64,000 nucleotides of DNA from a virus. Both the position numbers and the translations under genes were made by a program. Positions 41,847-49,987 of the stretch are shown here, in pieces. The stretch is from IMG/VR virus record IMGVR_UViG_3300048920_000077; one strand, written 5' to 3'. Position 1 is the first letter of the stretch, and each line of letters begins with the position of its first letter. The notes under the pieces are model-generated. The model was not told the origin of the DNA and did no database searches. It was given only the letters and a program-made list of their open reading frames with translations.

Positions 41847-43964
41847 TCAAGACGTTTGAATGTACACGATGCTGATTGTAATGATTGGACGGTGTTTAAT
41901 CGCATAATCTGGTACCCCATACAGCGTCGGGTCCGGTAGAGCAACCATCTGCAACGCCATATCGACAGTTAGAGTGGAAGCCGGATTAGCTGGATTCGGG
42001 AACGATGTGACTTTCGACACCTGCGTTACTGCCTGACTAACTTCTGCAGGTGACACCATGTTCGCCGGATCGCCATAATCGGCACTGGTGGAAGCCTGAA
42101 TCGAAATTTGAGTTAGGGTCACGGATGATACCGGAACCGTCGGGTCAGGGAAAGTATCGCTTGTTGCTTTTTGCACCACTGCTTGCGTTACTTCCGCCCA
42201 TACCTGGCTAACCGTAGGATCAGGGTATTCCACTTCGGACGCGATGGTTTCTACAACCTGGAACGCTTCACCTGGTTGCGCTTCTTTTGTCGGGTCCGGA
42301 TACGTGTCGTCGGTATATGCGGTCATCACGGAAATCTGGTCGGAATAAACGGGCGAAATCGGTTCTGCAGGATCAGGATACACCGCATTACGTGCTACCG
42401 CCTCCACCGTTTGTCCGATAAAAATCCCTTTCGTGGCCAGGTCGGACGCAGGCGTATAGAACAGGTATTGCGATGTCAGTTGTGCCAGTTGCAGCGCGCG
42501 GGTGAACGACTGCGGATGTACGACGTCGGAATGCTGCAGCGTCTGGATACCCAGTTGGGAAGTAAGCGCGGCATTAACCGGCGGGATCATATCGCCTGGT
42601 GATGGGTACTGCGTCCACTGCAGCCATTCCAGGTGCGCCTGCGGAACAACGGCCGGAGACGTCCAGACAGGCAGAGGGTTCGACTGCAGCGCCACCATGG
42701 CCATCTGCGGAACGGCCGTTTGCGACTGCATGATATCCGGATTGGTGTAGTCCGTGTCCTGCGTGGCCACCTTCAATACGGACTGCATGGCATTCGTTTT
42801 GCCGATGTCGCCAGGCGGGTCGTACAGCGCTTCCTGCACCACCAGTTCGGCTAACTGCAGCGCGCGGGTATCAGACTGCCAGACCGGCAGCGGCGTAGAC
42901 TGCACCACCTGCATAACGTTCTGGCCAGCGAGGTTGGGACCAACGATAAGCGGCTCGCCATCGGTGTGCTGCAGCGCGACCATGACTTCCTGATACACCT
43001 CGTCGGTACCCTGATCCGGCAGCGGCGACGTGTAGTCGAACAGGGTCTTCATGGCCACCTGACTGACGGCGGTATCCGACCACGGCAAATAGCCCATAGG
43101 CGTCTGCTGGAGGACTTTAAACGACACATGGTAGGCCGTGGTGGTCGAACGCGGCAGGAAGCCCATAGGGGTGCGGTACAGTTCCCACTGCGCCAGCGAC
43201 AGCGCGTAATGCGGAGACTGCCAGATCTGCATCGGGGTTTGCTGAACGACCTGCATCGCCTGCTGAGACACGTAGTCCATGGACACCGGAACGTGCTGGT
43301 GGATATCCGACTGCAGCACCTGCATGGCTTCGGACATAACGGCTGTCATGCTCTGCGGCGGCGAGAAAGTAATCTTCTGGACGGCCTGCAGGGTTTCCGA
43401 CATCACGCGGGTCTGCGACCACGGCATCGGGGCAATCACCTGCTGGACAACGCGCTGGACTAACTGAACGGCGCGAGTCGTGGAGATCGTGTCCGCCGTG
43501 GACGGGAAGTCCGTTTTCTGGCTGACCTTCTGGAAGAACTGCGGCACGTATGCGGCGGATCCGGTTTCCACCTGATTGATGATGAACGCCAGACGGCCGG
43601 TAGAGACGAAGCCCGCCGGTGGCCGGATGATAAAGCCGAGGCGGGATGTCTGAACGAGGCCGACGAAATCAGGGGTGCGGGTTTGTGCCGTCAGCGCGGT
43701 AAGGCGGTATGACGCCATTCTGAGCGTCGGCGCGTCCAGGTAGACCATTCCTACGCGTTCAGTGGAAACGACACCTTTCAGATCCGGATTGCGGGTGGCC
43801 GACGCCAGCACGGTAAGGCGATAGCTCGCCATGCGGATGTTCGGGGCGTCCTGATAAAGCATGGCCAGACGCGACGTAGAAACTATGCCGCCAAGGTCAA
43901 CGCTACCCCCTCTGTACGTCAGCGCCACCAGCCGGTAACTGGCGACGTTAATATCTTCGGCCAT
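41847..43964 (-). CDS. repeat-rich tail fibre/tip-associated protein (705 aa)
   Basis: Three N-terminal ~40-aa repeats (ASYRL..L...VST.R...). Many Q..MQVVQ.TP...WQS units. Five C-terminal (Y/F)PDP(T/A) units. Sits after the paralog array. Confidence 0.6.
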   Translation of the reverse strand: MAEDINVASYRLVALTYRGGSVDLGGIVSTSRLAMLYQDAPNIRMASYRLTVLASATRNPDLKGVVSTERVGMVYLDAPTLRMASYRLTALTAQTRTPDFVGLVQTSRLGFIIRPPAGFVSTGRLAFIINQVETGSAAYVPQFFQKVSQKTDFPSTADTISTTRAVQLVQRVVQQVIAPMPWSQTRVMSETLQAVQKITFSPPQSMTAVMSEAMQVLQSDIHQHVPVSMDYVSQQAMQVVQQTPMQIWQSPHYALSLAQWELYRTPMGFLPRSTTTAYHVSFKVLQQTPMGYLPWSDTAVSQVAMKTLFDYTSPLPDQGTDEVYQEVMVALQHTDGEPLIVGPNLAGQNVMQVVQSTPLPVWQSDTRALQLAELVVQEALYDPPGDIGKTNAMQSVLKVATQDTDYTNPDIMQSQTAVPQMAMVALQSNPLPVWTSPAVVPQAHLEWLQWTQYPSPGDMIPPVNAALTSQLGIQTLQHSDVVHPQSFTRALQLAQLTSQYLFYTPASDLATKGIFIGQTVEAVARNAVYPDPAEPISPVYSDQISVMTAYTDDTYPDPTKEAQPGEAFQVVETIASEVEYPDPTVSQVWAEVTQAVVQKATSDTFPDPTVPVSSVTLTQISIQASTSADYGDPANMVSPAEVSQAVTQVSKVTSFPNPANPASTLTVDMALQMVALPDPTLYGVPDYAIKHRPIITISIVYIQTS

Positions 43965-43973
43965 CTGCTATCC

Positions 43974-45077
43974 CTAAGATTTAATGGAAAAGCCGGTCTT
44001 CACGGCAGACAGGTCTGCGATAGTCCAGTTATTCCCGTCGGGTTTTTTATCCAGGTACAGAGGGCGGTACGAGTATGAACTCGTCGGTGGCAACATGATG
44101 TCCCCTGTCGACACGTTGCCAGCCCCGAAGTTCGCTTCGGTTGTCAGGACGTGCGTTGCTCCACCGAAGTTTCCAAGATAGGATTCCGCCCCCACAGACA
44201 ATACCTGCTGCAGCGATTCAAAGCCAGCCAGTACACCGCCCTGTTGATACTGCTCGCGCTTGCCGACCACGTTGGACGTGATGTATCCGGTAGCGTTGAC
44301 GGTGTTGACGAAGTCTGACAACTGGCTGTAATGCGCGGTGCCGTCGCCGCCAGTCCACTCGGTAATCACGTCTGCCGTGGCCGCAACCGGAAGAATGCGC
44401 GCCGTTCTGCCAGGGCGATACTGCAGGCCGGGATTACTCAGGTCGACGGAAACGAAGTCCAGCAGGTCGACAGTGATCGCTGGCGGCGGTGAAACCGTAG
44501 TGACGTTACTAACCAGCAGATACAGGAATCCTGGCGTGGCCGGATTGACGATAGAGGTACCGGCAGGCGGGGTCATTAAGAAATCGTCCAGCCAGACTTT
44601 ATACGCGCCAGCAGCAGAACGGTAGATTTCCACCGTGTAGAACTTGTCGTAGTTGAACGCGAACGTAACCGGCTGAGTAGTCGTCTGCTGACCATTGTTG
44701 GTCGGACCGAACAGGTTACTGTTCATATACCAGAACGTCGTGTTAACGGCGTTGGTCGCGGCTGCGATCATATTCAGACGGAACGCCACCATTCGCGCGC
44801 TGCCGTTGTTATTCACGCGCAGGCGGAACGACATGTAGCCTTCGCCATTCGTAGGGAAAGGCAAGCCGTAAGTCTGCCCCTGACTGTTAGCCGCGTTGGC
44901 GAGGGTGTACGTGATTCGAAGCCCTCGACGGTTGATGGTCGCGCCTGCCGGTGTCGTGTCTGACATCACGACCATCTGCGCGGACGCGTAAGACGTGTCT
45001 GCCGGAATGCTAAGACCTCGCGTGTTAAGCGAGGCGATGTCCGGTACGTTGAAGTTTTCTAAGCGATAGACGCCCAC
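43974..45077 (-). CDS. tail-tip associated paralog 5 of 5 (most divergent)
   Basis: 367 aa, GTG start. Shares the central ...FYTVEIY...YKVWLDD... pattern and the C-terminal domain pattern with the other four. Confidence 0.6.
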   Translation of the reverse strand: MGVYRLENFNVPDIASLNTRGLSIPADTSYASAQMVVMSDTTPAGATINRRGLRITYTLANAANSQGQTYGLPFPTNGEGYMSFRLRVNNNGSARMVAFRLNMIAAATNAVNTTFWYMNSNLFGPTNNGQQTTTQPVTFAFNYDKFYTVEIYRSAAGAYKVWLDDFLMTPPAGTSIVNPATPGFLYLLVSNVTTVSPPPAITVDLLDFVSVDLSNPGLQYRPGRTARILPVAATADVITEWTGGDGTAHYSQLSDFVNTVNATGYITSNVVGKREQYQQGGVLAGFESLQQVLSVGAESYLGNFGGATHVLTTEANFGAGNVSTGDIMLPPTSSYSYRPLYLDKKPDGNNWTIADLSAVKTGFSIKS

Positions 45078-45086
45078 GGTAGCCCC

Positions 45087-46271
45087 TTAGTTTAAAAGTT
45101 TGATACCCATTGCAGCAGCGGTGATCTCGCTTGGTGTCCACTTTAAACCGGTTTTCGGGTTCAGAGAAACATCGAACACGTAGTTATTCATCGTGCTGAG
45201 TACCAGCGTTCCCGACTTCGCGCTTTGCCCGTTGGTGCCGTCATACTGCGTGGCCGCCGTCAGTGTGTGCGTACCGTCTGCCATGGTCATCCCGTAGGCT
45301 TTTACCGCGACGCCATAAACGGTGGCCGCATTCGCTGCCACGGCATCCGGACCCACATACAGGTCGGTGGCCGCAGAACCGGCCGTAAGATACGAAGGCG
45401 TGGCCAGTTCGTTGGTTTGCTGCAGGACTGCGGCGTTCGACGCGAATCCGGTAGGGCGATCCCACTGAACGGAGAAGTCTGCCTGCGGTGCCAGTTCCAG
45501 TACGCGCGCGCCAGGACCGAGAACGCCGGTATGAACCGCGTCAATGCCAAGCACGTACATGTTAGAGAAGATCATGTCGTGGAAGCCGTTGCCGTTGTTC
45601 GCGTTGTTCCCTGTCCACATGCCAACGCCGAAGCCGTTCTTCGTCTTGAACGTTCCGGTGTACGCCACGTCCAGAACCAGAATCCCGTTAGCGTATGCAC
45701 GAAGGCGCTGGACATCCGTTTCGATAAGGATTTCGAAGTGGATGTCGGTGTTCGCCTTCAACTGGTCGGAAGTCGTTGTTTCCGTACCTGCCGCGCTGTA
45801 TGCGATCCCCGCTGTAGTCCCGTCTGTCGGAAGGAAGAACCGGCAAAGAAGACCCGGAGGCGTGGCCGTCGAGTTAGCTGGCGGCGCTGTTACCATTGAC
45901 CCATCGAATACACAAATAGACGGACCGGTCGTCGCGCTGGATACCGTCGGGACAAACTGGCACATGAAGCCGATGACGAACTTGTCATACGGCGTCGTTT
46001 CGATAGCCTGCATAAGCACACTCAGCCAGGTAAACGCCGTGGCCGAGTTTTTACGGAGGTTCAGTTTGTTGCGGGTGGCAAAGACCGGATCCGCCTGAAT
46101 GATTGCCTGCGTGTTCGAAAACGCGGCCGATGTTCCGTTGATGATGCTGTACGGGATCCATCCTGCCTTGTACAGAAGCGACGCTTGCCCTAACGCCGTG
46201 GTTGTGCCGTTAGGGAAAGCGATAGTCTGCCGAGCAAGGGTAGTGAAGCCGTCCACGAATTGTACGGACAT
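45087..46271 (-). CDS. tail-tip associated paralog 4 of 5
   Basis: 394 aa. N-terminus MSVQFVDGF. Central ...HFEILIETD...RAYANG... pattern. Confidence 0.65.
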   Translation of the reverse strand: MSVQFVDGFTTLARQTIAFPNGTTTALGQASLLYKAGWIPYSIINGTSAAFSNTQAIIQADPVFATRNKLNLRKNSATAFTWLSVLMQAIETTPYDKFVIGFMCQFVPTVSSATTGPSICVFDGSMVTAPPANSTATPPGLLCRFFLPTDGTTAGIAYSAAGTETTTSDQLKANTDIHFEILIETDVQRLRAYANGILVLDVAYTGTFKTKNGFGVGMWTGNNANNGNGFHDMIFSNMYVLGIDAVHTGVLGPGARVLELAPQADFSVQWDRPTGFASNAAVLQQTNELATPSYLTAGSAATDLYVGPDAVAANAATVYGVAVKAYGMTMADGTHTLTAATQYDGTNGQSAKSGTLVLSTMNNYVFDVSLNPKTGLKWTPSEITAAAMGIKLLN

Positions 46272-46280
46272 ACAGTCTCC

Positions 46281-47315
46281 TTAGCGCGTCACGATGCCGA
46301 AGGTTGCTGATTCGACGGCGTTCTGCGACCACGAACCGCCACCTGGAGGGGTTTCGTAGGTAGTCTGCAGGTACTTGTTCGTCTCAATCAGGGATAACTG
46401 CTTCTCGTCGCTAATGCTGTTTACGGTCAGCTTGAGGCCGAGTTTACGGTCATCCAGGTCGCCCTTACGCGCCAGCGCCACCAGACCCACGCCATAGATC
46501 GTGTTGCTGTTCGGCAGCACGGCATTGGAACGGAACTCGTCAGTGTTGCCATTCACGTTGGACTGCAGGTACGGCTTGTTCGTTTCCAGTGGGGCAAGCT
46601 GCGCGGCCACGTCGTAATGGTTGGTCGGTGCCGGTGACGCGCCGTTCGGAACAATCGTCCACTGCGTCGTGATATCTGCAGTCGGGAAGCGCGTGTTCAC
46701 GGAGCACGGACCAAGGCGGTCAACGCGGGTGCCGGTTGCGTTATCCAGTACGTAGAGGTCGTCGATAATCTGAACGCCAGCGGCGGACTGAGTAGCGGTC
46801 TGTCCCCAGGTGATTGTCACCGGATTGGACGGCGCGGTACCCATGGCCACGGACAACTGCAGTTCGTCGTTCGCATACACCGTGATGGTGTTGGCTGACG
46901 TGTCCAGCACGACTTCAATGAAGTACCACGCGTTCAGGATCAGCACCGCGGCGCCAAGCGTAGAGCCGATTTTCAGCTTACCTGTCGTCGGATCCCAGTC
47001 GAGGTCGAGAACACCGCCTTCGATACGGCAGACACGCATACGCGCGCCGGTTGCCTTAATGGCGAAGCCGAAGACAATCTTCGTTGCGCCGACAGCCGGA
47101 GTGTAGCCCCACGAAATAGATGGAACGGTAGACGAACTGGCCGGTACCGAGAACTGCAGGGCGCGCTGGCCAGTGATGCGGCCGTCGACAATCGCCAGTG
47201 TGGTAGACGTCGGGTTTCGAACGGTGTAGTTCGCCGCCTCCAGGTATTTCTGGACGACGGTGCCTACCTGGCCAACTGGGGTGTAATGGTCGAAACCATC
47301 AATCCACATAAGCAT
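46281..47315 (-). CDS. tail-tip associated paralog 3 of 5
   Basis: 344 aa. N-terminus MLMWIDGFDHY. Central WYFIEVVLD...ITVYAND. Confidence 0.65.
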   Translation of the reverse strand: MLMWIDGFDHYTPVGQVGTVVQKYLEAANYTVRNPTSTTLAIVDGRITGQRALQFSVPASSSTVPSISWGYTPAVGATKIVFGFAIKATGARMRVCRIEGGVLDLDWDPTTGKLKIGSTLGAAVLILNAWYFIEVVLDTSANTITVYANDELQLSVAMGTAPSNPVTITWGQTATQSAAGVQIIDDLYVLDNATGTRVDRLGPCSVNTRFPTADITTQWTIVPNGASPAPTNHYDVAAQLAPLETNKPYLQSNVNGNTDEFRSNAVLPNSNTIYGVGLVALARKGDLDDRKLGLKLTVNSISDEKQLSLIETNKYLQTTYETPPGGGSWSQNAVESATFGIVTR

Positions 47316-47328
47316 GATTTATCTCCTG

Positions 47329-48297
47329 TTACGGTCTGACGACGACACCGAATGGGGTGTCCTGCAGGTTAGTGTTGTCCCACGCCACATTACCAGGTGC
47401 CTGCGGGAAAAACGAGTAAAAGTATTTCGGGGTAACGTCCAGGGTAGTGACGAGATTCTCTTTCTGCGTCGACCCCTTCGGTCCAACCACCACGCCCATC
47501 TGGCGGGCGTCGATATCGTTCTTGCGGGCGCGCACGACCACGCCTACGGCCGTAATCGTTCCGGTACCGGCTGTCGCGCCGGACTTGAACAGATCCTGCG
47601 CCCCGCTGACGGAAGACTTGATGAACTCGGTTTCCGACGGCGGAAGGTTATCCACCATGGCAAAGTGATCGTCGCCGGTAGCGGGACTCCACTCTTTCAG
47701 GAAATCACTGGTCGGCAAACGCATCGTAATGGCCTGCGGTCCAACGCGCGCTACCGGCGCACCGCCAGAACCGTTGTTCAGCACGAAGATATCGTCCACG
47801 CGCTTCACGCTCTTAATCGGCGCCGCCCACGTACAGTCGAACGTCGTCAGGCCGGTCATCGCGGCGGGCAGCGGTACCGTCAGATCGAGAACGTTGTTGA
47901 TGTACACCTGAATCTGGTTCTGGTTCTTATCGATCACCATTTCGTAATAATACCAGACGCCCAGTACAGGGGTGACAGTGCCTTTCGCGCCGTTGATCTG
48001 AATCTTGTCCGGCCACTGCAGGGTAACGCCGTTTGCAATGGCCACGATGTCGTCACGCTGCGTCTCGGCCATGTAGGCGAATCCGATAACCGTCAGCGGC
48101 GCCGTGGACACGAACGCGCGTTTAATTGAGCCTGCCAGGTTAGTCGTGCCGAGCATGACCGCTTTGGTGTCGCTGTTGCGGCCGTTGCTAATGGCCACGC
48201 TGCCCGACACGGTGTATCCGGCTGCAGGTAGCTCGGTTGCCACCTGCGACGTTGACATATTGGAAAACTGTTCGAAACCGTCCATATGGATCAGCAT
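47329..48297 (-). CDS. tail-tip associated paralog 2 of 5
   Basis: 322 aa. N-terminus MLIHMDGFEQF. Central WYYYEMVID...IQVYINN. Confidence 0.65.
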   Translation of the reverse strand: MLIHMDGFEQFSNMSTSQVATELPAAGYTVSGSVAISNGRNSDTKAVMLGTTNLAGSIKRAFVSTAPLTVIGFAYMAETQRDDIVAIANGVTLQWPDKIQINGAKGTVTPVLGVWYYYEMVIDKNQNQIQVYINNVLDLTVPLPAAMTGLTTFDCTWAAPIKSVKRVDDIFVLNNGSGGAPVARVGPQAITMRLPTSDFLKEWSPATGDDHFAMVDNLPPSETEFIKSSVSGAQDLFKSGATAGTGTITAVGVVVRARKNDIDARQMGVVVGPKGSTQKENLVTTLDVTPKYFYSFFPQAPGNVAWDNTNLQDTPFGVVVRP

Positions 48298-48300
48298 GGG

Positions 48301-49242
48301 TTAACTCCTGTTCAGCACTGCGCCGAACTTCTCGGCCAAGATGGATTCCGCCGTGTCGCTCTGTACCGGCACATCCGAGTAACGATACTTCCAGTCCATC
48401 GGAATATCCGTGTTCGGGACATTGCGGCCGCCGAACTTCATTGTCAGGGTCAGGTTGTCGACGGTCGTTTTACGGACTAACGATACCAGACCGAGCGCCA
48501 GAACGTTATTGTTATCCGGCAGCGTTTGCGAAGACGTGAATGATTCTTCTGCGCCCGTCACGTTGCCGATCAGGTAACGGTCAAGTTTATCCGTCGGCAG
48601 CGGACCAACCATCGCCCAGTGTGCGGCAGTTGGGCTTGTGGACGGCGCCCACTCGTTCGGAGTTTCGTCCTTAGTAGGGAAGCGCGTCACGATCTGCATT
48701 GGCTGGATGCGCGCGCCGTCGTTCATGTAGAAGTCGTCGTAGTTCTTCGTTGACCCGACATCATCCGGCACCGCGTTCCACGGATTGAGGCGGCAGGTCA
48801 CGACGTTGGCAGTGGCCAGTTCTTCCGGCATGGTGCCGACGAAATCCTGACGGCCGTTAAACCAGACGACCATCTGGCGGGCGTTGCGGCGTAGCTCCAC
48901 CTCGCAGTAATACCAGCGGGACTTCACAGGGCCGGCATTACCGGTTTCCCCGCCAACGAAGTACGGGCGGCCGGTAGATACGCTGAGAGCCAGGGTAACG
49001 CCATTGTTAAACTGGATCAGCGCGCCCCGCTTATCGAACTGAAACGCGAAGCCGACGGAGAAGCGATCCCCCGACCATGGCCACCCGCGCGATACTGAAC
49101 TGCTGGCGCAGACAAGCGAACGTCCTGTTTTGCGACCGGTCCCTGTCACCACGTTCCCCAAAATGGTGTAATCGGCCAACCGCATTTCCGCCGCCGGATT
49201 CTCTGCTTTGTCGAATTGTTCGAATCCATCAATGAATGGCAT
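48301..49242 (-). CDS. tail-tip associated paralog 1 of 5
   Basis: 313 aa. N-terminus MPFIDGFEQF. Central WYYCEVELR...MVVWFNG. Confidence 0.65.
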   Translation of the reverse strand: MPFIDGFEQFDKAENPAAEMRLADYTILGNVVTGTGRKTGRSLVCASSSVSRGWPWSGDRFSVGFAFQFDKRGALIQFNNGVTLALSVSTGRPYFVGGETGNAGPVKSRWYYCEVELRRNARQMVVWFNGRQDFVGTMPEELATANVVTCRLNPWNAVPDDVGSTKNYDDFYMNDGARIQPMQIVTRFPTKDETPNEWAPSTSPTAAHWAMVGPLPTDKLDRYLIGNVTGAEESFTSSQTLPDNNNVLALGLVSLVRKTTVDNLTLTMKFGGRNVPNTDIPMDWKYRYSDVPVQSDTAESILAEKFGAVLNRS

Positions 49243-49250
49243 GTTCTACC

Positions 49251-49976
49251 TCACGTCACGATGTTCAGGCGAAACGCCCAACCGAAGTTCTTGAATCCTG
49301 CGATGATATCAGTCGGCGCTTTAATAGCGAAGATGTCCCCCGCACCGAATGACACCGGACTCGGAATGTCGAACTGGCCAGTGGTAGAGCCGGAAGGGAT
49401 CATGATTCTCCCGACCTTCGTGGCGTTTCGGTAGATGGCCAGTTCAACGTATCCCGGACTACCGGCCACCAGCCGGAATGAACTACCTACTGCGTTCTTA
49501 GGCAGGGACACCGCCTGCACCAGCGGCAGGAACATGATCCACTCGTCTTTGTCCACTGCGTAAGGGACAGTACCGCCGATGTCATAGTAAAGCGGGAGGA
49601 CGCCTGGGTCAGTTCCCGGGGTTTGGCCGGTTGTCTCGTCGACCCACTGCACCCCGTTATACCAGATCCACGCTTCGATATTGACCAGTCGGGCGCGCAG
49701 GCCACGCGTCGGGGTGAAGAACACCCACTGGCCAGCGAGACGATACGCCATCTTGCCGTCCTGGTTAGCCCAGTCGCCGGAAGAAGGCGTGGCCACAATG
49801 TACTGATCGCCGTCCTCAACGTTCTGAGGCGGCGACCCGAAGTTCATGTTCAGGATGTAGGGGTTCATCAGGGCGTCCATCAGAACCATGTTTTGGTTCA
49901 TCGGACCGCCCCAAAAATCCTCCCCTGCAGCCCAACCGTACAGCACCCCGAAACGGGGCGCGGTAACTGCTGGCAT
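49251..49976 (-). CDS. DUF2793-like tail protein
   Basis: ORF trimmed to the ATG at 49976 after AAGGAG. GDQYIV...GDWANQDGKMAYRLAGQWVFFTPTRG...IWYNGVQW fits the DUF2793 pattern seen next to GTA-type host-specificity genes. Confidence 0.6.
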   Translation of the reverse strand: MPAVTAPRFGVLYGWAAGEDFWGGPMNQNMVLMDALMNPYILNMNFGSPPQNVEDGDQYIVATPSSGDWANQDGKMAYRLAGQWVFFTPTRGLRARLVNIEAWIWYNGVQWVDETTGQTPGTDPGVLPLYYDIGGTVPYAVDKDEWIMFLPLVQAVSLPKNAVGSSFRLVAGSPGYVELAIYRNATKVGRIMIPSGSTTGQFDIPSPVSFGAGDIFAIKAPTDIIAGFKNFGWAFRLNIVT

Positions 49977-49987
49977 ATTGATTCTCC

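Noticed and set aside
41522-41944. The full-length 140-aa version of the holin-like ORF.
   Set aside because: The first 48 codons overlap the end of the 705-aa gene and have no SD. A GTG at 41800 with AGGGGG-N7 is a better start.
41847-49242. Diversity-generating retroelement, or invertible-segment switching, as the explanation for the repeated tail-tip genes.
   Set aside because: The window contains no reverse transcriptase, template-repeat/variable-repeat (TR/VR) nucleotide pair, invertase or flanking inverted repeats. The paralogs are diverged at the DNA level.
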